A DNA stretch of 49,426 bases, the filler included, from Streblomastix strix (lineage: Eukaryota): NCBI GenBank assembly GCA_008636045.1. It is 3 parts of 3 records of this genome, joined end to end, with 100 filler letters (N's around TTAATTAATTAA, not from the genome) between each part and the next. Parts side by side here need not be neighbours in the genome. Positions count along the whole stretch, not along the records: positions 1 to 16,410 come from SNRW01000817.1; 2 more parts are not named here. One strand, 5' to 3'. Positions 1 through 13,000 of this stretch are shown piece by piece. The position numbers and the translations under genes are program-made. Every line of letters starts with the position of its first letter. Position 1 is the first letter of the stretch. The notes under the pieces are model-generated. The model saw only the letters and a program-made list of their open reading frames with translations, had not been told where the DNA came from and made no database searches.

Positions 1-543
1 TCCCATCAACTGGATTCGGCTTTCTAGTAGGTTTCTGGCTTCTGAATGGTATTTGGCTCCTAGTAGTTAGTATAGATGGGATAATATATTCAACTTGATT
101 TCATAATCAATTAAATAGATTATAAATAAGGGAAATAAAATCAAAAATTATTTATTAGTTTGTTTAAGTTATTAGTTCGAAAAAAGCAAAGATTGACAGC
201 TGGTAGTTATTTCTGCACTTATATATCAGCATTAATTTAAACATGTGATTTAAATAAATTTAAACTAAAGATAAATTGAAAAAGTTAGTTGATGATGAAA
301 AAGTTTGATGAAGCAAAGTTATTAAAATCTCATCAATTAACAATATTAAAAGTATATTTTAAGATTTTTTCTGCATATAAATTGCATATATTCTGTAAGC
401 TTCATTCAAATTTTTACAAATTAGTTCAAAATGATGCATGAAAACGCTACAATTATTTTTTTATTTTAATTTGCATTTTTACCAGTAAAAATTTATTTAT
501 TCTGAAATTTTTTTATTTTATTTATTTTTATGCAGAATTTTTC

Positions 544-1857
544 ATGTTAAAAAGTATGTATTTATTAGTTTAAGCTCAATTTAAAATTTCTTTTTTCTTT
601 TATTTTAAAGCAACACAGAAGGTAGCCTAGGCAGTAGACATTAAAATTTAAGGGTAGTCTGGAAATCCTGTTAAGATTGAAATCAGACAGACCACCACCG
701 TCTTCGACCTCAAATCGTCACTTGAGCCGATCCTTAATGCGACATTCAAGAATCAAATTCTGAAGTTTGGAGGAAGAGAGCTCGTTGATACAGAAAAACT
801 GATGAGTATTGGAGTTTCTGATGACTCAATAATTGATTTTGAGGAGAAATAATAACAATTCTTCGTTAAAGACATATCTGGAAAAAGTCATGTGCACAAA
901 ATGAGAGCATCTGAAAAAGTTTATGCACTTAAATAGCAAATCAATTAATACGCTCATATTGATCCAAAAGAACAAAGACTTATTCTCGGGAATAAGCAAA
1001 TAAAAGATGAAGATACTTTGTATTCTTCTGGACTCACAGGTGAATGCACAGTCATGCTCGTTCTCAGGATGGAAGGGGGATCATTCATTGATGCTTCAGG
1101 AGTGATGAGTATGCAGACTATTGACTTCAGTGATGATGCACCAGCATACAGGAATGTGAAAAGAGGACTTTCAATAGGTTGATATTATATTAATAATTTA
1201 AAATATTTTTTTATTCTTTATTCTTATTTATAATATAGAAGGAAGATGCAAAAATCAATTATGTCCAGCTTCTGGGCATATGTGCATCTGCTCATTTGGA
1301 TTCGAGGAGTTCAACTTACTCACCAGCAAAGCGAAGTGCCCACTGTGCAAATAAGATATTGATCCTGTTAAACCCGGGTTCTCAAATTGCTTCTTCAATA
1401 TTCAGGCTGTTAAAACTAACGGGGAGAAATTATGGACGCATTGGTTGGAATCGAGAGACAAATACCAAACATATGATGAGAGCAAAGTTGGAAGTATCAA
1501 CTACAGGGAATTAAAAGCAATGGCGATGAAGAAGGATGATGTGATTGGAGGTAATCTAACGTGTTCTATTTGTCTGATTGAACTTATGAGGACAGATCCT
1601 GAAACTGATTAGAGGACTGTTCCTGATGAGATTAGAATATTGGATTGTTAACACGCGTTTCATAAGGTTTGTAATCAATATATTTACTTATTATTTAATT
1701 AAATATATTGAAATTAATATAGAGTTGCATAACATAGTGGACTTCTAATCACAATATCTGCCCAAATTGTAGAAAGCCTGTCAATACTGATGCTAATGCA
1801 GAGGAAGCGCAGATACTTCAGAATCCAGTTGGACGGTTGGTGCACTGCGACGAGTGA
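544..1857 (+). CDS. Tandem ubiquitin-like domains + Cys-rich putative Zn-binding domain + RING-H2 finger fusion protein
   Basis: Read with TAR=Gln and introns 554-610, 1178-1238, 1667-1722. Ubl1 (..TTVFDLKSSL..NQILKFGGRELVDTEKLMSIGV..), then Ubl2 (FFVKDISGKS..EQRLILGNKQIKDEDTL..VMLVLRMEGG). Next is APAYRNVKRGLSIEGRCKNQLC..CIC..CPLC..GFSNC, then RING-H2 CSIC..CQHAFHKSC..CPNC. TGA at 1855-1857. Confidence 0.88.
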
Positions 1858-2433
1858 TTCCTATTAATTGTTCTTGATATATCATAAGGGTAATTGTTTG
1901 AAATGTTGGATAATAAATGATTATTAGGAATAATTAGATCAAGTTTTGTTCTTTTTTCTTTATTATTTTGAATTATAAATTTTGATATATTTATTTATTT
2001 TAATTATATAAAGAATATTACTTCTAACTTATACACCAAATAATACTACGAACTCATTCAATGAAAATTTGATAAACTTAAAATGTTTATTATTCGATGT
2101 AGATGTTAATATATTTTATTATTTATAAATTTTATTTTATCATTTTTATTTTATCATTAATTTGTAATAAATTTATAACATTTTGTTTGTTGCAAATTCA
2201 GACAATTAATTTTCTATCATTCTTTTAATAAAATTTCGGTATTACATGTTAACTTTTGTTATATAATAAGTTTATTTGTAGAAAATGCATATTATTAATC
2301 ACAAAATTCTCATTAATTTTATTATTTAGATGAATTCATTTGATGATGAACACAAACAATAAATATTTTATTCGTTTTTCTATTTTTTTCTTTATCAATC
2401 AATAAAATTTATATATTTTTTTTATATTTAAAG

Positions 2434-3402
2434 ATGGGTCGTCGAAAGCGCATTAAAGGCCTAAACAAACCATTCTGTTGGTACTGCAACCGCGATTTTG
2501 ACAATTTGAAGGTTTAGCAAATTTTTTATTTTTTTAACATTAATAAATTAATATCATCTTTTTTTACCAAGGTCCTTGTCGACCATCAAAAAGCCAAACA
2601 CTTCAAATGTTCTACGTGCAACAGGCGCTTCAATTCCGCACCAGCGATGATAGCCCATGCACGCACTGTTCATAAAGACATCATCCCACATGTCCCCAAT
2701 TCACTTCCTGGATATGATATAGTGACTATTGATATATACGGAATGGAGGGAGTGCCTGAAGATGACATAAAGGCGCATAAAGGTATATAATAATATTATA
2801 TATATATATACTTACTTATTAATATATATATATATATTCATTCTAGATGAATTGTATAGACAGATTAAATAACGTAGAAGATAGAAAGAGAGCGATAGTG
2901 ATGATTCTGAAGAAGAATAAAGAGTCAGAGCTCGTAACAGACAAAAAGAATAAGGAGATAGAAATTAGGATGACCAATTCCAATAAGATAAATAACTCCT
3001 TCCTGCTGTGATCTCAACATTACATCCAGGTGCAACAGGTGGTGGTAATCTACCCATGATGATATAAATATAACTCTAATAATAGAACACTGGACCAATA
3101 TAACCAGCTTAATTGGGATTTGCTGTTGTCCCTCCATAGAGGTAGACCCCTCAAATAGCTCAGAATACAGCGAGTATTGTATATAGATATACTGATAATA
3201 CTGAATAAATGGTGTGATCAATTATTATTTATTAATTATTCTATTAATTATCACCTAAATAATATTTGTTTTATTCATTCAGGAAGAGAAACGAGCTCGT
3301 GCACGCAGATATCAATTCAGAGGATATGGACTAAAAAATATCACAAATTTAGGAGCTAAAGTAGATCCAACTTTAGGATACAGACTAAATGATGTATTTT
3401 GA
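2434..3402 (+). CDS. ZNF207: ZNF207/BuGZ/SUF4-family C2H2 zinc-finger protein
   Basis: MGRRKRIKGLNKPFCWYCNRDFDNLK|VLVDHQKAKHFKCSTCNRRF..HARTVHK..VPNSLPG..IDIYGMEGVPE, plus C-terminal QM|EEKRARARRYQF. Three introns. TGA at 3400-3402. Confidence 0.93.
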
Positions 3403-3556
3403 TCATTCATTTGATATCAATATTTATTAATTAATTAATGATTTTAACAGCAAAATAGATTTATTAATAAAATAATCCATTAAAATTAGACAAATGATTA
3501 TTTACGTTAGTTTTTTATATTAAATGAAGCATAAAATAAAACAATATTTGTTTGTT

Positions 3557-3945
3557 TCACTTTGGAAATGCGATATTTCCTGTAGTAGAAGATTCAGCCA
3601 CATACTGTGGTCTATCAATATGTATGCCGTGTTCATTAAGTGCAGCAGATAGATCCTGCACAGTCAAAACTCCAGGTCGATCATCACGAGTCTTGGATAG
3701 CTGATACGCATCCCCTAAAATATCTGACATAAATTTCTCGGCTGCAACACCGATAAGTCGGCGTCTGATGATATAATTAGTATTAATGAGATAAAAGAGA
3801 CATAAGCAAACACTCTAATATCTGGGCATTCACAGCCTGCACATCGTAAATAATAATCAGTCAATTCATCTGGGAGAATTGAAGGTGCATTTCCAAGACC
3901 TTCGAAAAAATCTTCAAATTAAGCGTTACTCAGTTGTGCTTCCAT
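3557..3945 (-). CDS. TAF10: TFIID subunit TAF10
   Basis: PSILPDELTDYYLRCAGCECPDIRV|RRLIGVAAEKFMSDILGDAYQ..VLTVQDLSAALNEHGIHIDRPQY matches the TAF10 histone-fold motifs. One short intron. Confidence 0.93.
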
Positions 3946-4775
3946 ATTTTCTATAATGCAATAAGATAAGAATAATAGAAAATAAAATTTAAATTTGTTA
4001 AAATGTATCCGATAATGCAAAATTAGATGAAAAATGATTTATTGGTCTTTTCTATATGATGACAATGAGAGAGAAAATAGATTCTAATTTACAATTCGGC
4101 TGATAATGGCATTTTTCATAAAATATAAAATAATAATTATATAAATATAAATGAAATCAGACAAAACTCTGGATTTAAAAAAAAAATATTCAGAGATGTT
4201 TTCAAGGATTGAATTAGTTTTATTATTAATATAGATACTAAAATAGTTTGTTATGTTCATTTTAGGATTTTAAATTTTCATCTATTGAGCAATTATGTTC
4301 AGCGTAACTGATGTAGAGCTATTTTACATTAGCTCGGCCAATACAACTTAATGAAAAGAAATAATAAAAGAATAACATGAATGTAAGTACGAAGATAGCA
4401 GATAAAAATTTTTTTTATAGAAATTTATCCTGTGGAATGAATAATTCACGTTTTATTTTGTGGTGTATATTATAATATAATATCATATAACATAAGTAGT
4501 TTATAATCCCTTCTATCGAATTATCACTACTATGATAAAAATAAATCTGTTGTAAATGAAAAAAATGCAAAATTCATTCCAAGCCGCATCCTTCGCCAGA
4601 ATATACTCTATTTTTATTAATTGCTAGTAATTCTTGATAAATGCTCCCTTTCAAACAAAATAGAATAAACTATTAGTTAATTTGAACATAGTAAACTTCA
4701 TATGTCATTCTCTGAGTTTTTCACATCTTCTTAGTTCTTTACAGATTATCTTTTATTTATTTATGGATATTTAAG

Positions 4776-6984
4776 ATGTTGTTTTTTCCACTTCTTGCTA
4801 TTTTGCTGTTAGTTGGGCGATTTTTAATCGGACTTTTCATCAATATTCGTTAGATTCGTCATGTTTGCATTATTTATTCTCCGTTTTTCTTTCTTATTAA
4901 CTGATTTTATTTTTTAATTGCTTAGCACTAACGATCAGATGTACCAAACATTGTGAAATATGTAATGACAGATAACGATTTCAAATAGATGAATGCATAT
5001 GCTATTGACAATGCGTATGAAATATTTATTATTATGAAACATTTTTCATTTTATTGGATTCAGAAAATTTGCAATTGTCAAAGATTTATCTGATCTTGCT
5101 CTAACTTTGATCATAATCCTTGGAAAAGTATATCCAAAAGTTTGGCTCTTAACTGGACGAATAGCTTTGAAAATCTTAGGAACTTCGCAATTCTGGTAAA
5201 CAAGTTTATTCTTATCTGTATGTATTATATTTGATACGATTTGTGCAATCCCACTTCATTACTACAAAATATTCGTAATTGAACAAAAATTCGGCTTCAA
5301 CAAATAGACTAAACGAATGTTCATTTCCGACAACATCTCAAGCTTGCTCATAAAACCTATCATATTGGTTGTTATTATCAATATTATCTTTATAGTCCTT
5401 GAAAAGCGCTTTGGAGGAGAATATTATTGGGTTTTTGGATTTGCAATCTTCACTATATTTATTGTCCTGTTTAATATCATTATGACATTCAGTGTTGGAA
5501 AAATAATTCCTTTGGAGTAAATAGATTAGGAAATGTATTAAGCAGTGAAGCAAGTGTGCAATAAATGCGATTTTGATACAAAACATATAATTGTATCAGA
5601 AGGATCAAAACGATCTGCACATTCAAATGCGTAAATTATGGACATATTTGGAATTAGGAAAGTGATTTTATTTGATACACTTGTAGAATTGGCAGGAGTT
5701 GATTGTTCAGTTAAATTCAAAGAACTATAAAATAAAAAGAAAGATGAAACAAAGCCATTGTTGAATATTGAATAAACTGAATAAAATAATTAAAATGATA
5801 AAAACAAAGAAGAAGAAACGAATATTGCAATTCCAAAACTACTTGATAATAACAACATTATAGCTGCAATATCTCATGAAATTGGACATTAGAAGTATAA
5901 CCGTATGCTATAAATTTAAATAATATATTAATTCATTTATATATAATTTCTTTACTGTTAATACATCTACATTTTTATATATTTGATTTCATTTATTTCA
6001 ATTTTCTATACATTTTCACTTCTTTTTCTTTATATATTCTTTCAATTTAAAATAGATGTTTATTAATTATTAGCTTTCATACTATTATAAGTCTTATTAC
6101 TCTTCTATTTGTTCTCCTTGCTGCATAAATCTGATCTTTTTGCTCAAATATTTGGATTTATTGGAGATAATGGAGAAAGAATTGAATATAGGCAGGTTTA
6201 TTCATATTTTTAATATAATTTAATATAAAATTTGTATAATATAATTATTATATTATAAAAACCATATTTAAACTTTTCTAATAATAATTCATATATTCAC
6301 AACTTCTCTTTCAATCTTACTTATTAATCAGTCTGTTTTTGATCTTCTTGGTATTTTAAGTGTAGTTATTCCTATTATTTCACTGCTCAATTGTGTGAGA
6401 AATACCCTTCAACGACATATGGAATTATAAGCAGATTAATATTCAGCTAGATAAGGGTATGAAAATAATAATATTTTATAGATAGAAATATAATTTATTA
6501 ATAATAATATATACTTAGAATTATTCTTTATTTACTTAATTACTTCATTATTTAATCAATATATACATTTATATTTAATATTATATGTTTATATTAGATA
6601 TGGTTAAGATCTTGGAAGTATTCTAGTGAAAATATTTTAAGAGAACTTAAAAGATTTGAATCCTGATCCAATGTTTGTTTATTAATTAATGACTGAATGA
6701 TATTAAATAATAATTTTATTTCTATTATTAATTATATTTTCATATTTGTATTTCTCAATCTATTTTATTTATTTATTCACTTTCATAGATATTCCTTCTT
6801 TTATGATGATCATCCAATATTATAGGACAGAATGAATGCATTGGGATGGATTGGAGATGAATCATTGGTGGAGAAACGAATAGAAACAAGAAGATTGATT
6901 AAAGAATACAATGAAAAGAAAGAGAAATTAAAAGAAGAAGAAAATAAGAAATTGATTGAATAATAGAAAGAGAAAAAGAAATGA
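4776..6984 (+). CDS. STE24: CaaX prenyl protease 1 (Ste24/ZMPSTE24, peptidase M48A)
   Basis: Hydrophobic N-terminus ..INIRQ, then IPLHYYKIFVIEQKFGFNKQT, GSKRSAHSNA, KVILFDTL, Zn motif HEIGH (5875-5889), RHMELQAD and DDHPILQDR. Several AT-rich introns. TGA at 6982-6984. Confidence 0.92.
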
Positions 6985-7201
6985 ATAAGAAAATGGCTAT
7001 GAAATGAGTAGAAAATTAATTTTGAAACAATGAAATGCGATTCTTATTATTTAACTATTAATATTCTACCATTTCATGCTGAGTGTAACTTTGTAATTAA
7101 TACAATTTCTATTATGAACTTTTGATTAAAAAATATATTTTATACTATATAGTTTAAATTTTGTTCAGAGAATTTCCATTTTCGTTATTTTTTTATAATT
7201 T

Positions 7202-8392
7202 TCACAAAAACCCGATGGAGATTGAGGTGAAGCTTCTACAAGATAATGGACTAAAAGTATACTATATTATTCATATTTTAATATGGCTATATTTATTACT
7301 TAACGTGAATGATGATGTGAAACATCCTTAATAATTTTAACTCATTTCTTTTTTGATTGCGATAGGATTGATTGATTTAATTTTTCAATGAAGTTTTCCG
7401 GAGTCACTAATTAATATTGATCTGCAAATGTCTTAAAGCGAAGGTGAAGATATGTACGTCCCTTATATGAAATAAATGAAAAATGATATTGAATTGATAT
7501 AAGGATGTGTTATTGCATACTTCATAATCTGTAAATTTAGCTGTGTGTTGGAAGTAAACATGTGAGAAAACTCTATAAAGACGTCTGCAAAGTTAAACAA
7601 ATAATAAAATAAAAATAAAATGAAAATATTTAGAAGCAAAATTTTTCATACGTAGCCATTCCTTAAAGTGCAAGAAAGTTTTACTCAGTAATGTTTCTTC
7701 TATCTTGAAATATCTCTTCATTATTCAACTATTGCCAAACTGATTCAATCGTGTGTGAAATATAATCTATGGCGCAGCACTATTGAAAAACAAAATGTAA
7801 AAAAAAATATTTATTTTAAAGCAAACTACAACATACCGATTGAGGTTATTAATGTGATTCACATTAATATACAAAATTTCCAGCATTCATTAATTCGCAT
7901 GTTGAACTAGTGCAAATGGACTCAAGTTCTCTAGCAAACTGAGCAATTTCTATCACAAATACTCTGTTTTTGTGAAAAAAAGAGTGTTTACGAGTTTTGA
8001 ATTAAATAAATTTTTAATTTAAATATTAAATACCTCATTTGTTCATAGATCCACTGAAATTTTGGTATTTCTTCCGGATGATCAATGATCTTGTGCAGAA
8101 TTTCTTCATTAATATAATCCTTCGCCATTTTTTTATTCCTATCTATAATGAATAATTAAAAATAATTTTATATAGAAATTTAAAATTAAAACATACAATT
8201 ATTATACTCAATGTAGCTTTGAACAGTCGAAAAATCTTTGATTGAAAGTTGGGGAGGGAAATGGTCGTAGAAATCTTCACTCTTTGACCCTAAAATAGTA
8301 CATAATTAATAAATAACATTTTTTAGTGTAATCACACCTGACAATATTCCAAGATGTGGCAATATTTCAGCTCGTTCTTTAAATGCTTCCAT
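7202..8392 (-). CDS. MOB4: MOB4/phocein-like MOB family protein
   Basis: Multi-exon. GSKSEDFY..VQSYIE, WIYEQMRVFVIE..CTSSTCELM..CESHQQPQSCCAIDYISHT, RLYRVFSHVYFQH..DYEGRTYLHLRF follow the phocein pattern. The last exon and stop are less certain. Confidence 0.88.
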
Positions 8393-8888
8393 TTTCTATC
8401 CTCCCCTAATCCAAACTTTTTTTGTTCTAAACGAATCTTAAATAACAATAAAAACTTATTAAGTTTAATACAAAAAATATTTAAAAGAAAAATTATACAT
8501 ATATATTGTTATTACAATTCCGAATTTAATGAGTGAAATGATAAATACTAAATAATTAATTTAAAAAAGCAAATTTAAATAAATTTATGAAATAATTATT
8601 TTCAAATAAATTTGGATTAAAGTTAAATGGCATGAAACAACAAATTGAATAATGATATTTAGTGAAAAGTCAATGAATAATTAATAAAAATTCGATTACA
8701 AAATATAACTATCAGATGTTAAAATAATGTAAAAATATTTGGTACAAGTAGAAAAATTTGAATAATACAGTTGTTAATATTGAAGAGAGCTTAAATAAAT
8801 AATTAAAATATAAGAAAAAGTCTCTTCAATAATAATTCAATCACTCGATGTCATTAATGTGACATTAATTAATGCAACTGAGTTGGAA

Positions 8889-9512
8889 TCAATCATCAGA
8901 TCTAGAAAAGATTTCGTGATATTTACTGATAAACTATTGATAAGATATTGTAATATTGAAATCTAATTGTATATAAAATGCCAATTCGCTGTGATTTAGT
9001 AATTACAAACTCATCTCAAATGCTTTTGCCCACCAACTGTTATTTTTCTCGATAACATCACGAAGTACCTTCATTGCAAGAATAACTGCACAGATTAGAA
9101 CAGTCCCAATGTTGCTTTCAGTTATCATTGCACTCTATTTATCCTGATCTAAATCTTATATTTCTGATTCCACGAGTTTCTGAATCAAATAAATTGCATA
9201 GACCAGCTCGGATCCTGTCATTTATACATATTCGCAGATATAAGAGAAGAAATTATTGATTTTCAGAAAAAGTAATTCACTTTTCTTCTCACAATCATCT
9301 TTAGTATGCTTAGAGTATAAAATAGTCGATACGAACTTTGAAATATATCGTGCTGATGAACTGATGAAACTTTAAGTAGTTGAAAGTTCCAGTGAACTTA
9401 TATCTTCTGATCTTAGTATAAATATATCTCTTCGAAAATATTTGTTTATGGACTACCTTGGTGTTAATACAATTGTCATTTTAGGCTCTAAAAGTCGCTC
9501 TTCTCCGATCAT
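8889..9512 (-). CDS. Cyclin-box protein, PHO80/Pcl/cyclin-U-like
   Basis: Intronless 207-aa frame. ELVYAIYLIQKL..NIGTVLICAVILAMKVLRD..NNSWWAKAFEMSLQLLNHSELAFYIQLDFNITI resembles the PHO80-type cyclin N domain. Confidence 0.8.
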
Positions 9513-10007
9513 TTGGCAATTGTGACTGAAATACGATAAAATGAAGGATAACAACTGTGCAAAATATATGTATCTTATAATTTCGTTTATTTGTGGAATA
9601 GAATTATAAATTTAATGAGATACTTAAAGTTTGTGCGGGTTTACTGAGAAAATTCAGAAAAATCAAAATAATCTGGCTGTTTTGATTGACAATGAGCTCA
9701 AAATAATTAATTATTTCAAAATTTATTACTGATATCATTTTAAAAAGTAAAATAGGACGAATACATTCGTATTATGGAACCGAATTTTTCTGGTCACACA
9801 GCATTTTACGGTAAGTGTTCGATTGAAAAATTTAAATTACTCTAATTTTATTATATAATAGGCAATATGATTAATCCATTACTAATCTCTAAGCTCTCAA
9901 AAAATTATTTTTAAATAAAACCTGTTTTGCGCATGGCTGATATATTTAAAACATTTAATTTACTATTGTTTTCTTCATTCGTTTTTTCTTTAAAATTAGA
10001 TCCGCCA

Positions 10008-13000
10008 ATGACGTTCTGGAAGCCGAAAACAGACAATAAAGCAGCAGATAAGAAAGCTGACGATCCATGGGATAAAATGAGTGACGAGAATATAGAAAAA
10101 GCCTATATCAAGGCTTTACAAGATTTGATGTTCACATAGGATCAGATTACGAAGTTGACGGCTACTCAGAACAGGAAAAATAAAATTACAATGATCAAAC
10201 AACAGTTGTAAAAACCACGTACATAATATGCATTTGTGCTCATAAGCAACATACGCTCAAATCCAAACAAGGAGCATGTCCGTAACCTTCGTGTAACTCT
10301 ATCAACATCCAACGAGAAATGGTTCCAAGAATTCTTCAACAACAATGGACTGCAAGTAATAATGGAATTGATCACCAAAAAATATCAAAATCCAACGTTT
10401 GCTTCATAAATTTATTGATAATTAATAGTTTATTGTAATTTTTAATACGCAGACTAACTGTTGATGATATGGAAATCGTGGGAGAATGCATTTAATGCTA
10501 TAAAGCCATAATGAACAACCAAGTATTTTACTGATTTATATCTTTGTTTCTTATATAACAAATCTTATTATTATTTCAATCTAATTTCAGTTTGGATTAT
10601 AAAATGTGATCACTTTTCCTGGTGCTGTTCGTTGCCTGTTCACAACACTTCAAATCCCCCGAAATCTGTATGACTCAATTAAAGCATTCTTCTGAACACT
10701 AATTATTCCATTTATTTATTTATTTATTTATTTATTATATACATTACAATAATAATTAATTAGAAAGAAAGCAGACATAGAAACAGGGTAAGGAAGAGAT
10801 CTTCAGAGTGTGTATTATGAGAACAGCTCCATAGTGCTTGAATTGATCGCCAACTTGTGTATGACACCCCAAACAATAGCAGATAATGGCCTTAAACATG
10901 TAATGGAAGCAGCTGAAAGTTTCAGATTCCAGATGAATGAACGTGTTGTTCTTGAGATGGTGCTCATACAATTGAGGAATCGGTCTGCACCTGAACTGTT
11001 CTTGTGCAGAATTATACAACTGGTGAATACAATCCTTATACAGAATGATCTCCTTACGCAGAGATTGAAACTCCGTGAGTAATGGGATTAGGAGATACAA
11101 CTGAACACGATGATCAAATTATGCACATCTGTTGATATTGGCTTCAAAGAGAGGGACAAACTTCGTAATTAGGAAGGAATGAACACACAATCTAAACATG
11201 AGACACCAGAAGAGTTGCTGAATAAGCATGCATGGATATATCTGGATGAGATGCAGCAGGATAATGATGAAGCAAATGGGTTTGCAAGGGAATAGACTGT
11301 TATTGATCCTGAACGTGTGTTCAAGCTTCTTGTTGAGAGGTTTAAAGGAACGAAAGCTCTTATGTATCTCAACAACATTGGAATTAGCTTATAGAAACTG
11401 AAAGAAAACTCCCCTGAATGGATTGTTATAGATAGATTCACTGAACGTACTGTGAAGTTGGAAATTGGAGATATTCAAATTAACTAAGATAAATCAAAGG
11501 ATCCTTTAAGCCCTTAAAAATAGTTGGAATAACTGCGTGCCAGCCTCAAAAGATCTTCTAAGAGTGTTGTTGGTAATACTCCAAATAGATCAAGTCTAAT
11601 AAAGTTAGAAGCACTGGAATAAACAGACACTAAGACTAAAACACCAGAAAAAGTATCCGATGCTGATTCTGACAATAAGAAAAAAAGTTAATAAACAGAA
11701 AACAAAGATTCAAAAAAAGATAGCAAAGAAAACATACCACAACAATAAGATACAAAAGAAGAAACCCATAAAACAGATAATTCAGACTAAATGACCATAA
11801 CTGAGCTTAAACAGCGCATAATTGATGATGCAATGGAGAAGGAGAGGAGGGAATAAGCCGAAGCGCATTCACAGTATCTTGAATCTCAGATCAAAGAATA
11901 TGAGAGAGTGATTGATGATGTCAAAGACAGACTTGGAGACTATTATACAGACAACAAGAAGGAATAAGTGTAGTAGAAGGAAGTGAAGATACAAATATTC
12001 AGTGTTGGCGATGCTGTTGATAAGGTTTTGAATGAATTATAGACATCTTAGACGGAAAAAGAGAAAATACAGGAAAAGCTGAAAGAATTGGAAAAGAAAT
12101 TAGAAAAGAAAAATCTTAATGAATAAGCTGCATCATCTTCAGATGTACCTTAAGCACCTTCTTTATTTGCATCTGTTCCACCTGCACCATCAATACCTGC
12201 AGCTCCATCTCTTGGAATATAAATGCCACTATCACCAAATATTCCATCTGCACCAGATATTCCATAAGCTCCATCACTTGAAAGTTCAATTCCTTCAGCA
12301 CCATCAATACCTCCAGCACCTGGAATTCCAGCAGCTCCAGGTATTCCTTCAGCACCTGGAATACCTCCAGCACCTGGAATACCATCAGCTCCAGGTGTTC
12401 CTTCAGCACCTGGTATTCCAGGAGCTCCTTTGGCTCCAGTAATGCCTGTTGGTCTTCCAAAGAAATAACCAAAAAAGCCAAAAGTTCCACTAAAAGTTCT
12501 TCATTGGACTAAATTACCTGATAGAGTTATAACAAGCACAATTTGGAAGGTATTGGAACAATTATTGAACAATTTTTAGTTAATTTGTTTCTAATTATTC
12601 ATTTTAATTTTAATATCAACTAGGAAATAGATGATGCAAATGTAGATATTGATGAATCTGAGTTAGAATCATTATTTGACAAGAAACAAACACAGCAACT
12701 TTCATAAACGCAAAATCAATCGCATTCAGGACTACTAAATTAAACCATAGAAATGAATTCTACACCTACAATATCATTATTAGACTCAAAGCGGCAGAAT
12801 AATGCAGGTATTATGCTCTCTCAATTTGGAAGCAAGACCCCTGAAGATATAATACAGGCAATAATTGGCTTTGACATGTCTCTACTGACTCCAAATAGAC
12901 TTCAATCTCTTATTGCATTCTTACCATCAGAAGAAGAGAAAGATACTTTATTGAGTTTCACTGGAAATCCGATGAATCAAACAAAAGCAGAAAGATTCTA

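Noticed and set aside
1..110. Partial minus-strand CDS at the window start
   Set aside because: Composition looks coding, but two frames are open and no motif is recognisable.
4000..4770. Additional gene between TAF10 and Ste24
   Set aside because: Only short open frames with no recognisable motif or consistent exon structure.
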